Shown here: positions 42,716-56,384 of the stretch, piece after piece
How positions within the stretch are numbered: position 1 is the stretch's first letter
Layout: each line of letters opens with the position of its first letter
From: Hyphochytrium catenoides
Taxonomy: Eukaryota; Protista; Hyphochytriomycota
Direction of reading: 5' to 3'
Assembly (NCBI GenBank): GCA_900088475.1
Contig: FLMG01002136.1
Coordinates: forward strand, 1-64,000
DNA length: 64,000 nt
Notes under the pieces: generated by a model
What the model saw: the letters and a program-made list of their open reading frames with translations, nothing else
The model's database searches: none
What the model was told of the DNA's origin: nothing
Translations under genes and position numbers: made by a program

Positions 42716-43296
42716 GGAGAATGGGAAACAAGTGTTATTGCGGGCGAGGATCACGACTTGTGTTAAGTTGTTCCCCTTCATTGGACGATGCAAGTCGGAG
42801 TACTATGCAGATTGGCAGGAACAGAATTCACTGATGCAGAGACAAGAGCTAACATCCAGTCGTCTACTGGAGGCAAAGACGACAAGTCCGGCTTATGCCG
42901 TGGGAGGACCCGGGACGTTCAAGTGAAGCGCTAGTAGCCATTCTGCACACTAAAGGGAAAGAATGCAGGCGGGAACAAGCCATGTTCAAGGGCAGGTGGA
43001 GAATAAGAAGCTTAGTAGGCGTTTTCCCATTACGACCAAAGGGAGAGGCACGGGTTTGGTGGCGCACCTACATCATCGGACATTGACGTTATACATAGAG
43101 TGTCGGGACCGCACCGTTTCTTTTATTGTTTGCCTCAAGGCCGCAGAAGCCCCGGCATAGGTTTGTTAACCTTCTAGTACTCAGTATGACGAAGCCAGGT
43201 CGACCTTCAACGACCTGCGAGTTAACAAGGACTGAGGTCGGTGGTTATAACCTGACACCTCTCTCAAATAAATTAGGTAAAAGCATTGACAAATCA

Positions 43297-46200
43297 CTAT
43301 CCCCCAGGAGTTCTGAGCCTGATTTCGGGCCCTTTGGTCTTCAAAGTCTTTGGGTTTCTTGCTGCCTGTGGAGGAGACATGAAATTGAAGAGGCCTCCAC
43401 TTCTTGAAAGTTCCTTCTTTCCCACAGCGCCTTCCTTGTTCTCATCGTGGAGTCCTGCAGACATTTTCCCTGATGGACCATTGCCACCAAAGGCAGAATC
43501 CTTTACAAAAAGTGGTCAGCTTAGGAGGCGCTTCACACTCTCTTGAAGTCCCTATCTGTTCTGTGCGGACCACTTCTTCCGATCAGGTGAAAGGTGCTTG
43601 CTTACCATAGGTACGGACGAAATGTCCTGAGAAGCCGAAGTGCCAGCCTTGCCAAATGCGTCCTTTACCTTGCTTGAGGCACTGAGTTGTTCCTCTGTAG
43701 ACCAGAAGCACATGATTAGGGGCCTTTATGCTGGAGAGTAGAACTAGAAAAGATGGTGGACGAGAATGTTTAGAAGTAAGGAGGGGCTTTTCATCGGCCA
43801 ACCGGACGTATGTTAACCAGAGGTATGGCACCATTGTGATAGCCAGTACCTTTCAAATACGAGTACTTGGAGAATGCTTCACTGGGTGACGCTAGAGCGT
43901 AGGGCGGCCGGTTCGCAGGCGGCGTCCGAAGGCCAATTCTTCGATCAAGTCGGGAAGGTTGCCGCCGCCCGGTAAGGTCTGGTTCATCTGAGGTAGAGGG
44001 GGTTAAGCGTTGCATGCAGACTAGGACTGTCAAGTGGGAGTCGTCTCATTTCGTTATCGACCAACGGGACCGCTGACCTTGATTTGTAAGATTGCTTGGG
44101 ACCGGGCTAACTGAGGATCCCTTTGGGAACAATGATACGGGATGGGAGGGTGAAGCACCAGGGGACACAGCTGTTCGGAATGCAGCAAGATAGAGGGTAT
44201 CATGTACTTAGACGCTACGTACGGGGGACAATGGGGGACATGACCCAGTGCCAAGATGAACCCTTACTTGCTTGCTGTGGAGGATCCTGAGTCATCTCCA
44301 CGGGTGATCCTCTCGGCCTCCTATTGGACAATGGTGGACGGCCAAGAATGATGTGTTCGTTCCTTAATGGTTGATCTTGGGCAAAGTCTTGGCCTTTGAA
44401 GGCATCGAGGCCATCCTCGTTTGGCCCAGGTGCATGTGTCCGCAGCGACAGACCTGGAGTCTGCTGAGTTGAGTGCATTGGCACTCTAGCCAGAGGAGAA
44501 GGCGATTGGAAGGTACGTCCTTGAGTTCGGGTTACCCTGACTGGGTAGGGGGATCGCCCTGAGAACTCTACCGGGGACACCATCTGTTCGGGTAAGCGAT
44601 TGCAAGGCGAGTTTATGTTGAGTGTTGCTAAGCTTTAAAAAGCTTCTACCAGCAACAACAGAGTTCTCACCTCAGCAGCAAGCGCTCTCCTCAGCGGGGT
44701 CATGCCTGGGACTGCCGGTATATCTCCCACTTCCTCTTCTTCCATCGCCTTAGGCAAAGGATCTTAGTTACTCTCTTCTGGGTGTAGTATTCTTTTCAAC
44801 ATCTCGTCTGCCTTTAGGTTATGATTATCCTGACCCCTCCATGCTCTTATTATTGGTAGGTGCAACGTCTTGTGAGTTTTCTCTTCTAACCCTGATTTAA
44901 CTCACCTCAGAGCGCAAGCTATCATTCAGGAATGAAGCGGTAGGTGCTTGCCTTTCAGTTGCATCTGCTATATGTTGGAATGGAAGTACAGGGACCAAAG
45001 GCGCATGGACAATCTCTTCGATAAAGCTTTGTGCTCTCCCTTCTCCCCATCGCTCCAGCATTTTCTTCTGCATCAGCTGTATTAGAGCTCTTGCAGGAGT
45101 TACAACGCTTAAAGAGGCTATTTCGGCTCATGACGACACGGAACTAGACTTGCAGCAAAGCTTTGACTGAGACTGACCTGGCAAATCCCAGGTAATGATT
45201 CTACAAATGCACGAGTTAAGGCGGTTCGCACTTGAAGGGTTGCCAGATTAGCCGAAGGTGCCTGAGCACGAAGAATATCCCTGCAACGTGGTAACATTAG
45301 CATCATATTCTTCCATTTGAACCATTCCGTTGCCCTCCGCCATCCATCTCGTGAGCACGACTGGCTGTAACAAAACGAACCCTATTTGACAAAGTACATA
45401 AGATTGTTCCCTACCTGTGGGCCTGATCTAGCCTCAGCGCTTTCTCCAGTTGCTGGTGTTGAAGATAGTATGACAGGAGGAAGTCCACGGCTCGAAGACA
45501 AGACGGGGATGCCCAGCCTCCAAAAAATTGATGAGAGAGTAAAAATCGCTCAAGACAGCTCTGCTCAACATGGTTTAGTGCTGATGTCAGCAGACTCCAC
45601 ACCTCTTCACCTAAGAGCGACATACGCACAACATGAGCGACTTTGGCTAACGTTGGAAGAAGCGACAAGAATAGGGTTAGGATACAAAGGTAGGCGGCAT
45701 CTTAGAAGCCCCCGGATCAGAATTAGTACAGTGTAGGCAGTTAGATCACTAAGTCAAGATGCAATGATTTACCTTCCCTACGGATAAAAACCCATGTGAA
45801 GCATAGGAGGAGTAGGGACTCTGCAATGCTCCGGCTATAGCCCAGGGCCACTCCTGCCCTTTTTAAGGTACCTTCAAGCTCATTTAAGTCCACAGAGAGT
45901 AGGTGGGGCACCTGACGATGTAGGAAGAGTGCTGCTTGCCATTCATGCTACCGTTCGAAAAGAGGAGAAGAGCTGGTGAGACGTAGAAATGACGGCATCT
46001 GACAGGAAATAATGAGAAAGAATAGCAAGGAGGGAAGACAACGTCAACCAGAGCTCATTGGAGAGGCTACTGGCTATGAGTGCCGGAACGTTGGCTTGGC
46101 AGAGGGTTCTTCCACTAACATTGAGAAGGAGAATCTGGGTTGCAATTAGAGCAAAATCTGGGGACCAGTCTTCATATGGCGGCTGCAACGCTGCAAGCAG

Positions 46201-48957
46201 TTCTAAAGCAGTGCTAAATTCACCGCCGTACGTGAATGACTGTAGAGCAGCCACTTTGATGGGCAGCTCCATTGTCGATACCTTAAGATCACGCAGGAGG
46301 GTGCTACATACAAGCCGATAAACAGAATAGCGTTATGTTGATGGTGAGTTCTTAGGAAACGCCACACGAATAGGCAGTGACTCAAGGGCGACAGTGAGAC
46401 ACAGAGAAGGTGATGAGGTGAAGGATCAGATACTAATAGTGGACGTTCGCCCTTGCATGAGAAGCAAGGCCACTCAGATGTCCAAAGCGATGAAATCGCC
46501 AGGAAATTATGAAACGGAAATCAGTACAACTGGTGTTTAGTAAGATTGTACCTTGCCATGGTCTGTCCCTCTGTTATACCAGAATCTAAGAGCCACAGGG
46601 CTACCGTGGCACTCTTAATATGATCAGGGAACTCCAAGGCGGCAGAGAAGGAGTTCGCGACCTGATAGATCTTCTTCGGGAAGTTTTCATCTCTCTCTGG
46701 AAAGACGTCAAAGGAAAAAAAGATATGTGAGCAATCTCCCCATGGATTGAACAATCACTAGGCTGAACTGGTATTAGGTAACAAAGCGCTATTGTCTCAA
46801 GCGGCAAGCCAATATGCCTAAGTTCTCTCGGGAAATGTAAGCGAGACGATTAGGGTGGTACTAACTTTCCGCATGGCCGAGGGCGAAACTATCAAGCACT
46901 GTGTACAGCAGTAGCGAGAGTCTTGATAACTCCGAGAGGTCAAGCACAGAGCGAAGCCGCTGGGTCGTTGTAGGGTCGGGGTTAAGAATCGTGGAGATGT
47001 CACTGAGTTGATGGAGAGGGAGTAACGATAGATCCTCTCTTGCCAGCCCTCCCTCCAAGAGAAGGTGCTCTATGATAAGTAGAGATTCCTCTCCTGCAAT
47101 AGAGAGGGGAACAAGGAGAGGTGGCAGGCCAGGTTTGGAGAGGTGTGAACTCTGGGTCAGAACTTCCCACGATATTCGCAGAGATGGGGTCCATGCTACA
47201 AAGCATTGAAGTGCATAACATGTTTTGAATTCTGGGAGAACTGAGCCAACGAGTGAAAAAGATACATACGAAGTAAGAAGGGCACCTTTGAAGCTTCCCG
47301 TCAAATCCCAGTAGGATCGAAAGCTTTGGGCAGCTCTTTGCATATTCTGACGTTTGGTAGCGTAGAGTCCCTTTAGCTTACTGTCGGGAAATGCAAGACC
47401 CTGAGAAAGAGTCCAAGCAAGAAACTGAACTTGGAGTATCGATCGCTCAATTGCCTAAGAATAAGAAACAGATAGGGCGTAAGCGTAAGGGCTCCTACTC
47501 TTAACACGGCACTTGGGCCAACGGGCAATATCGTGTGCCGTGTAATTCACAAATCAAAGGGTTCGGACTGTCTATCATGACTTGATAGTCCCCAGAGAAG
47601 AAGTGAATTAGTTCTCTCCCGTCGTACTTCAATTTTGCTCATCAACGCTAGTTCTCCTTCTTGAGTGATAGCTTGAACCTCATCATAAGTAGCTAAGTCA
47701 TCAGAGTAGTGCTGCAGCGTCTCTCTCAAGCGAGAGATTAACGCCTTCATAACAGAGTTCAGGGCTCGCAGCTTCGAAGAGGCAGTCTGGAGATCAGAAC
47801 GAGAGACGATAGTGGGGCCAAACGCGTTAGGCGTGCTGAATAAGAACGGTGCATAGTGAGAGGATACTGTTGGGAAGAAGCGATAGAAAGTTTCGATGTG
47901 GAAGGAGCGCAGTTGACGTGCTGTCCACACCATATTGGAGACCTCAGTAGATAAAGAAGTTCCTAAGATTCTACTAATATCCAACAGGTGATAAGGCTCA
48001 GGATGGGGCCGGTGGTGGGGGGCGAAGAGATACCTCTAAGACCATTGAAAACTCTGTCCTGGTCTTCTCTGTGTAAGGTTGAGATCCGACAAGATATTTT
48101 AAAGCTTTGGTACGGGTAAACTCCAAAGCATCCTTCTGCAAACATTGCACTCGGTCCCATGCCCAAGATTGTATAGTTCTTGGATCGTCAAGGAGGTAGT
48201 GTAGTGCTTGAGGTCAAATAGACGAGAAGAGGTGCTGCTATTAGCTCAACGGCATGAACAAAACAGGCAGGGTGCTGGTCAATCAAAAAAGTCATAAAAC
48301 CTTTTGCGAAGTTGGGAACCACCACGAGAGCGTGATGATGGGCGGAGGTGGGTCAAAGCTTTGGAAGACGCGGATGAAGGGCCCCCAGTGAAAGACTCAG
48401 AAGAAGGTGAGTTAAAGAGATGATAATGCTGTCAGTCTAAACGGAGCCATTGGGGGAAGCGCGCCAGCAGAATATCGCCAGAGTATTCCAAGGAAAGGGA
48501 GAAGCAGAAAGTGCATAGCCATTAGTACCGTTATGGCCATCCTCCGAGCCAGGAGGAGTGTTCCTTTTCTCCAGTATATACTGACATATAAAGGGAGCCC
48601 AACCAAGGTCCAGCACCACGTCGCAAAGAGCTCGTCTCTGCTGCAGCACATCTGAGGAGATTTCGTGAACAAGGCCGTAGCCTTTGCATTCTGTAAGGAA
48701 CGGTCCTGGGCAGTTGAAAACTTCAGTGCCACGACTGAAGTTGTCGAGAACCTATCAATCAGCCAATTAGTTTGAGGTGCGCTCAGTTGAAATGGCCATT
48801 GACGCCCCAGAGACTAAGGAAAGGTTGTACCGAAAAGAAAAAGACGATGAACACGCATAGTAGCACGTTAATAGTGGAGCTTGCAGATGAACCTATCTGA
48901 AGAGTAAGAGTTCGTCGTCAGTTGTCTTACGATTTGCGTGATTCTGGGTGTCGCCAT
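43297..48957 (-). CDS. ELYS/AHCTF1-like nucleoporin (ELYS helical domain with an S/P-rich disordered C-terminus)
   Basis: LSLLLYTVLDS ... VANSFSAALEFPDHIKSATVALWLLDSG ... ALELLAALQPPYEDWSPDFALIATQILLLN resembles the ELYS domain, followed by a long SP/TP-rich tail. Family call is from motif resemblance only; start inferred. Confidence 0.65.
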
Positions 48958-49453
48958 CCTGACCGCCTTCGCCTTCGCCTCGCCCTTGTCTTCTGGGCGT
49001 TTGCTTCCTCTCCCGCAAGCCTTACTAGCTAGCCACCATCTGTATCCAACCCACTGCTGAGTTTACCCTCACGACTTCTTAGGAATAGAAGGCGTGGCTG
49101 GTCTCCTTGCTTCTCAGCTGTCAGTCGCGATAAACTCTTCCATCAAAAAGCTTCATGTGCTCGATAATAAGAGCTCTCAAATCTTCAAAACAATGGTGCT
49201 GTGAGAATCCTTGAAAGCCGAATATTTCAATCTCATGACTTTCTACTCCCTCTACAAGCGACAACAATAACCGTAATATACTTTTTCGAAATCGTTATGA
49301 ACAAATATGATGCTGGCACCAAACATCAAGGTTTGAGTGATCGGATCACCTGCCTCCCAGCATCATGAAGCTGCATCGGCGCGACGACCGCTAGAGCTCC
49401 AGAAAGCTCTTGGCCAGCAGCCATTCGCACCTCACAGCCAACGAGACAGAAGC

Positions 49454-51967
49454 AATGAGGTTGGGCCTCCTCAGACCTGTTGTTTAACTGTTTTGCTGGC
49501 ATCTAAAGCCGAAGGCGTGACGGCGGTTCTCACTGGAATACGTAGCACTACCGGACAGACGTCAAGCTGCACAATGCCTTGACGATTGTGGCTGCAGTTC
49601 TGGTGGTCCTAACCTCTACTGAAATCTATTCTTGGGCCATGAGCCACGAGGGAGGAATGGATCATCCCTCTTAAAGCTCCATAAGACTCTTGGCTGTCTT
49701 TACGACACTCTCAAAGCAATGCGCAGAGCACTACAAGGTCCTATTTTCAAACCCTCGGGGGAACTTTGCAGTGGCACCAGTAGGAATCAAGCACCGCCTG
49801 AAGACGGTGCTAGCCGAGAACCCGCCGTACTTGAGGTGGGCCGTTCAAAGGAATTGACCCAAGAGTTGTACACTCTACGGTTCTGCTACGGCGGCACGCC
49901 TCTCACGCCTCTTTGTCTCATCTCCCTTTTCTCTCAAGAGGATGGCTTGAGTTTCTTCTTCCTCGAACCGGTTACTTGCTATTCCTTCCCCCAAGGTCTA
50001 CAAGTGCTATTCTACTAACTATCCACTTGTCGTTCCTAGACTCCTCTTCCATCCCGTGCAAGAGCTCATGCCTTTCAGAGTCCCGCCCAGGGCCTGACTT
50101 CGACCTCCAGAGTTTGTATGGGCGCTGCCCTTCAGATACCTTACGCCTTTATTACGAAGTAAGTCTCTAGTTATCCTGTAGCTTCCGTTGCTGTTTCTAC
50201 CAGCTCTTTCCAAGTGGCGCTGAGGCTTGTATCGCGGTTCTTATGTGTTTAGATATGTCAAAAGCAGAGGGGAAGCGACCACCCTACTTCAGATTGGCTA
50301 TCAGGGAAAGGTACTAGATCTCCTTTTGAAGTACTATGCATATTATGCCGAGGATGATGAGGTAAGCAGCGATCGCGGTATAGGCTGTCACCTAGCAAGA
50401 CGTGTAGGGATATATTACGACTGTAGGCCCATGAAAGTTGTACTCGATATAGGGAACCTGATTACAAGGGTTAGTGCTAGCCTGGGCAAGAAAGTGCATA
50501 TACCAGCCGCGGATAACCTACAACCAGAAAGTTGACTAAACGTTTCGTATATTTACTGCTTGCAGGCGTTCTGTGGCGCCAAGGATTTCATAGAATATTC
50601 CGGCGATAAGACGTACTATTCCCTGCTGCCTCTCATGGGTCAGGCACATCCATCTCTCGGTTGTGCGCTGTGAACGTCATCTTAAACTCTGCCCCTTTGT
50701 CCTCTGTCCAGTTCAGGCGTACAAAGCTCATCAGAAGAGCCGTAAGAGCATCCACAAGCGCCTAGAAGCAACCCTTCAAGAATTATCTAAGCTTTTGGTT
50801 CGTATCTAGTGTTGCCTTGTATGGTACCTTTATCATCCACTTCCTCCCTGAAATCCTCCATAAGCTTTTTACAATAGACACTTTACTGGTCCAACTGGTA
50901 AATCTGACACTCTTCTATATATATTCTCAGGAGAACCTATCTAATCTCATAGATATGAATACGAGTATGGCGCAGGAGCTGAAACTGGCCGGCTGCACAC
51001 CCCTTGCAGAAGAGAAGCTTTCGCTGTAAGTGCAGTTGGAGGAAACCGAGAAACTCAATTCGGGGAGTCTGTAGGACGCGTTGTAGCCGTGGAAATATCA
51101 CACGTAGTGATGTTCATTGCAGCTGGTCGTCTAATATCTCAGCAAGCTATCCAACTGATCATCTGTCGTGCAAACAGAGCACAGACTGAAGAAGTGTTAA
51201 GGAAGCGGCTCTCCCTTCTGCTGTCGGGACAACCGTCACTTGTGTCAACCGTCGCCTGGCCTCACGGAGCCTCTTATGAGGGACTCTCATTCGGCTCTTC
51301 TCCTCTCTCCTCGGTGCTTTCCTCGGTGGGCAAGGCAACTCATAGTGGGATAATCCTCACTCAGCGGACACCTGATCTTCAGCAGAAGAGAAGGAAGCCC
51401 CCCATTGCGTGCCCTATGCCTGATATTGGCAATAATACGCCCACGCCACCTACTCCTCCAGATAACGGTCCTGATGAGAATACCCCTCAGAGTCAGGATA
51501 GCACCCCAACTTCAAATGCGGGTACGTAAGGTTCGCCACCATCAAGCTGTGGTTGAGATGACTTAGATAGGTAGTGAGTATTAGGCATCAGCAACAGCGA
51601 CGGGTAGACTGCAGTTCTGTAGGCCTCTAGAGGGTTTCCACGCGTTTCCAAACTGGAAGCTCATAGCATTCTGTTGACGTTGCCTGCGGCTTAAAATGTT
51701 TGTCTTGAGATAGGCACAAAGGTGCAGGAAGGGGAGAGGGACAGGTTATCCGCGAAATGCTCCCAGAGCTCCTCGTCCCCAAGCACTACGTCGCTTTCCC
51801 CATCTTTGGCGCGGATATCTCAGCCTGTCCCTTTGTTTCAAGAGAAGAAGTTCAGCGAGGCCATGGGATTTTGCAGTAGTGCGGACAGTGAGGAGGGTAA
51901 AGAGCCGGCAGAAGGTAGACCGCTGCAAGTCTTTGTTGATAGACCCATTATCATGTTCCACGGCTGA
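49454..51967 (+). CDS. Hypothetical multi-exon protein with coiled-coil-like segment and low-complexity C-terminus
   Basis: Exon-like segments (LYRGSYVFRYVKSRGEATTLLQIGYQGKVLDLLLKYY; AYKAHQKSRKSIHKRLEATLQELSKLL; ENLSNLIDMNTSMAQELK) with GT/AG boundaries. No family recognised. Confidence 0.5.
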
Positions 51968-52448
51968 ACTCAGCTGCTGCTATTACTATTTTACGATTTT
52001 TGTCTAACGTTGCTTCTTGACCGGCAATATTGTCATAGGTAAGCCACGGGAGGCTCTCAGTACCATCAATGCTGCTTCCTCCGCGAACGTTTGCCATAGC
52101 GATAGTTCCCTGACAAGTGAGCTTTATTCTCAAGAGTCAGCCCATAATCCACCTGTCGGTCAGCAGCCCAAACCAGATGGCGATGTGTAGTGATTAACCT
52201 CACACGAGACAACGGATGCTACTACTGAGTTAGTGTGTGAGGCCACTGATAGTCCTGGGAGGGAGGTCGCCCATTAGCAGTAGGAAAACTGGTATATTTA
52301 TTAAGGTGCCTCAAGCTGAGCCAAAAGTGTACACTGCAAGTGACCAACGCTTGCTTGCTCCTACTTATCACTATGAGGTTTGCTGCCATGCTTTGGACAG
52401 CCTCAGCTATTAAATAACGAACATCAACAATTTTCTCTATTCTTTCGC

Positions 52449-55400
52449 CTATCGTAGTTCTGCCAGCATTGTGATCGGATCCTCCAAGTAACTCTTCCAT
52501 AAGTTGGAAAAGCGAGCCATTGTGGCGCCATCAAGCACCCGATGGTCCCCGCCCCAGCTCACGTTCATAATGTGCGAAGCCTTCACCTGCAAGTCCCGCA
52601 GGATTTACGTGGATCAAGAGGCAGCACAATATCATTAGACATCGAGGTCGGTCAGCGAGTCTCAAGAGATCGATTTGAACTATGGCACTGCTGGAGAAGA
52701 AAGGGTATAGAATTGTGAAGTTTTTGTTTGTACGACGCAGCTCTTAGTTGAGAACAGCAAGAGTGGGGCGGACTAGGATAAAAAAAACAAACATACGAGG
52801 AGAGCCAGTAGGGTAGGCAAGGTGACCCCTGGTAGGCTTACCTGTCCATTAGTGTCGAACCGAGGAAGAACTTGTACTTTTCCAACCGCACCAATGGCTA
52901 CCTGAGGAACCATGATGACGGGACCCATTACGGTACCTCCTATAGCTCCAATGTTGGAGAGAGAGAACGTCCCCCCATTGAGGTCATACTCCGAGAGCTT
53001 TCCTGCTTGACCCAGGGCCTAACAGGCAATAGGTGTGGGCAATGGTGTTAGCAATTTCCTGCAATACACTAAAGTTTTGCTGCTTCTGGGAAGTAGGTCT
53101 CTAAAGGACCGACCAGAACAGGTGCGAAGAACTAATTGCCACAAGAAGGGCACGAGAACAGCCTTGAAGGATACAATCTGGCGGTGTGTAGCTAGAGGCA
53201 GAAAGTGCCGCTTAGGAAGGGGTCAAACACTGTGGCTCCGAAAAGACGAGACGTAAACTGATGCCCACGGACTCGGGAAAGGATTTGGAGTGGATCACCA
53301 GAACAGCACATGAATTTACCTGCAGTCTAGCAATCTCCTTCGCAATATCAATGATGCTGCGGTGTTGAACCTGTTTGACATTCGGGACTAGCAGTCCGCG
53401 TGGGGTATCAACTGCGAGAGATATGTTATGGTCTTTGTGCAGTTTCAGCTCTGTGCACTCGCTATTGACTGTCGCATTCAATGTAGGAAACTGGATAAGT
53501 GCAAGTGATGCAGCCTATGACCATACGACCCGCAGTTAGTCTCACAATCAAGCAAAGGGTATGGTAAAGGAGGGCAAGACAATCTGTAGCTAGATAAGCA
53601 GGCCGTAACAAAAAAAAAGCCAGTAAGCGGAAGATAAGACTTGCAGGAATAAAGCACGAGGAATTCAAGGAACAAGCAGGGAAAGCGTCATTGCAAACCT
53701 TGACAAGGAAGGGCAAGTACGTGAGCTTAACCCCATGATCCGCTGCTGCCTTCTTCAATCGCTTTCGCAGCTCTACGAGATTATCCAAAGTGATCTGATT
53801 GGAGAGGCCCGTTACGCTACTTTTGCAATATTGACAGCATAAAGAGCAATAAAGAGTAACAGATAGATAGCTACGTCACGAGACAAGAGACGAAATGACT
53901 GGAGCTCGAAAGGAGAGTTGAGCGCATGCCAGAACACGCTAAGGTCCTTTAGGCAAGAGAATATGACGACAGAGGAGGATAGCCCAAAGTATTTACCTCA
54001 TCCCCGTAGTGAAAATGCGGCACTTTTAGGGCCTCTGTCATGCTCTTTACCATCATTCGCTGAATGCCACGGAGCGGTACTGTCTCATCTTCCTGCAGTA
54101 GGCTCCGACGAGTCGGTAATGAAGCAACCGGTGGCGCAGGGGCTGAGCCGATCGAAGCCGCAGGCGCTGCTATTGGAGGGGCGATGGGTGCTGCTATGAC
54201 CAATCAATAGCGGGGAAACATAGAAGTTAATACCAGTACCAGCGCATTGTCCTAGCGCAACCGGCGTGGTAAGGAAGCAGCAAAGCGAGGATGCAAGTCA
54301 GCCTGAAGACGCACTCCTTTCAAGAAACCTACCGACGCCTGCCGTGGGCCAAGAAATTGCCGCCTCAGAAGCTCTTGGCAGTGGGGCTGGAGAAGAGGTG
54401 TGTTGTTGAGCTGCCTCGTTTGATGGAGCCTTCAAGCTGGCGAGGTAATTTAGTACATCTCCTTTCAGGATTCGGCCTGCACAGGAGGCACGAGGGAGAC
54501 GCGATCAACATATATACTTGGAGAGAGGACCCAAGGGGCGAACATAAGTCCATGAGTTGGAGTTCTTAGCTAAGGCAGAGTCTGATGTTGTTCAAACTGT
54601 ACCTTTAGGTCCTGTGCCAGGAACCTTTCGCAAATCAACGTTATTTTCTTTGGCGATCCGTCTGACCGAAGGCGTGGTCAGCACCTTCTCTAGATGCCTT
54701 ACCGCTGTATGTAAAATGGCGTGGAAGAAAAGGTCTAAGTCAGCGGATACCCGAGAAAACTTTCTTTTGGTCTTTGTGTGGAAGCGCCAAGAGGGGAGTG
54801 TTATAGGCGAGGAAAGACTTGACGTACCATCAGGGTCAAAGCCACTGGATGAGGTTGTAGAACTCGGAGAAGCAGCATTGGCTGAAGGCGCTGATGCCCC
54901 CGTCCCAGTTGATCCAGCAGACGACACATCACCTTCTACGCTAATATTAATCAAGGTAGACCCAACAGGAACCTGTCAACGGATGGCGTCGATGGTCAGG
55001 CCCAGAGCAGCTAGGAGCCAACAAATTTGGGGTTTCGCTGCGAGGAAGACAAGCCTCAAGCAGCTATTGCTCATACTCGAGTCATGATCATTGTTCAAGG
55101 AAAGACACAGGCCATCTGCTACCAAAAAAGGGAAAGGGGGCGAGGAGGGGGAGTGTTGTGGAGACAACGAAACAAGATACAGTAGGAAGACCTATACCTG
55201 ACTGCCTTCGACCCAATGGAGCTTCTGCACAACCCCATCGTATCTGCTGGTGATCTCAACAGTAGCCTTGTCGCTTTGGACCTCACAGACGCGATCAAAC
55301 TGCTTGATAGGCTGGCCCTCTCTAACAAACCACTGCAGAAGTTCAACCTCCGCTATTCCTTCACCAATGTCTGCAAGCTTGAACTCAACAATGCTATCCC

Positions 55401-56384
55401 CTTGTCCGTTGCCTGCCGTTGAGGCTGCGGCGGTCCCCGTCGATGTAGCAGCTTTGGCCTTAAAACAGGGAGGAAGAGTAAGCCCAATATGGAACAGCTA
55501 TAAAGAGGCAAGTGCTATGCACGTGAGTCTGTGCGTGGTGACAGGAGAACAAGAGAGGTCACCACGAGGTGGGCAAAGCCGGTCTGGACGGAGGTAAGAA
55601 AAGGTCAAGTTATAGGATGAGGGACCATTGACGGAGGGAAACGGGCCGGTTGAAAGCAAACAGGGCAGAGTCGAATAGACTTACTTCCGGGGAAGGCGCG
55701 GCAGTGTTTTCCCCGTCTCCGTCCGTCACAATATCGATCAGGGGGCTGCCTACATGCGCGATGTCCCCCACATTGTAATAGAGTCTACCCACCCGGCCAG
55801 CGTATCTACTGGTGATTTCTACATTCGCCTTGTCGCTTTGGACCTCGCAGACCTTATCAAACTGCTCAATGCGGTCGCCCTATGGACAGGATCAAGCATA
55901 TGCAACAGAGAATTAGACCCTTGTCACAGGGACATCGGCGATAATCAATCGGCCAACCGCTTGCGCGCTCTTTCTTGCCGGTGTCTTCCCTTTCTTGCTC
56001 TGGCCTTCTCCCTCTTCTATCCCATTATCTCGCTTTCTCACGTCTACTGCGTCTATTGTCATACTGCTTTCCTGCTCTTACCTCTTTGACGAACCACTGC
56101 AATACCTCGACTTCTGCGATGCCTTCACCAATGTCAGCCAGGTTAAAGGGGACTACGTCACTCAGAGGGCTGCTAACAACAAAGTTACGTGACCAGACAT
56201 GAGGTGGTAGTCTGATAGTGTTGATGGAGATATTCTGAAGAGAAGAGAGAGAAGAAGGCCGCCGAAGTCTCTTCAGGCCATTTTTGCCCGCGAGGACGTG
56301 AAACGCTGCCAATCGAGTGCCCGTTGCCTGTGTGAAAGATGTCCTGCTGGCACAGGCACGCGAGAAAAAGCCTCTTCCCTTCAT
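52449..56384 (-). CDS. DBT: Branched-chain 2-oxoacid dehydrogenase E2 (dihydrolipoyl transacylase), mitochondrial, with two lipoyl domains
   Basis: Arg-rich presequence; two copies of [40 protein letters not shown]; subunit-binding domain [28 protein letters not shown]; catalytic domain [14 protein letters not shown]...[84 protein letters not shown]. Confidence 0.95.

Noticed and set aside
52530-52560. DBT catalytic motif GGDHR instead of the usual SADHR
   Set aside because: The catalytic DHRxxDG is intact, so this is a minor variation.
55261-55848. Shared run of about 19 nt (ccttgtcgctttggacctc), considered as a repeat element or assembly duplication
   Set aside because: Explained by the conserved EVQSDKA codons of the two lipoyl domains. 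Flanks are diverged and intron positions differ.
54557-56202. Several plus-strand ORFs of 65-176 aa
   Set aside because: Antisense shadows of DBT exons with no independent motifs.
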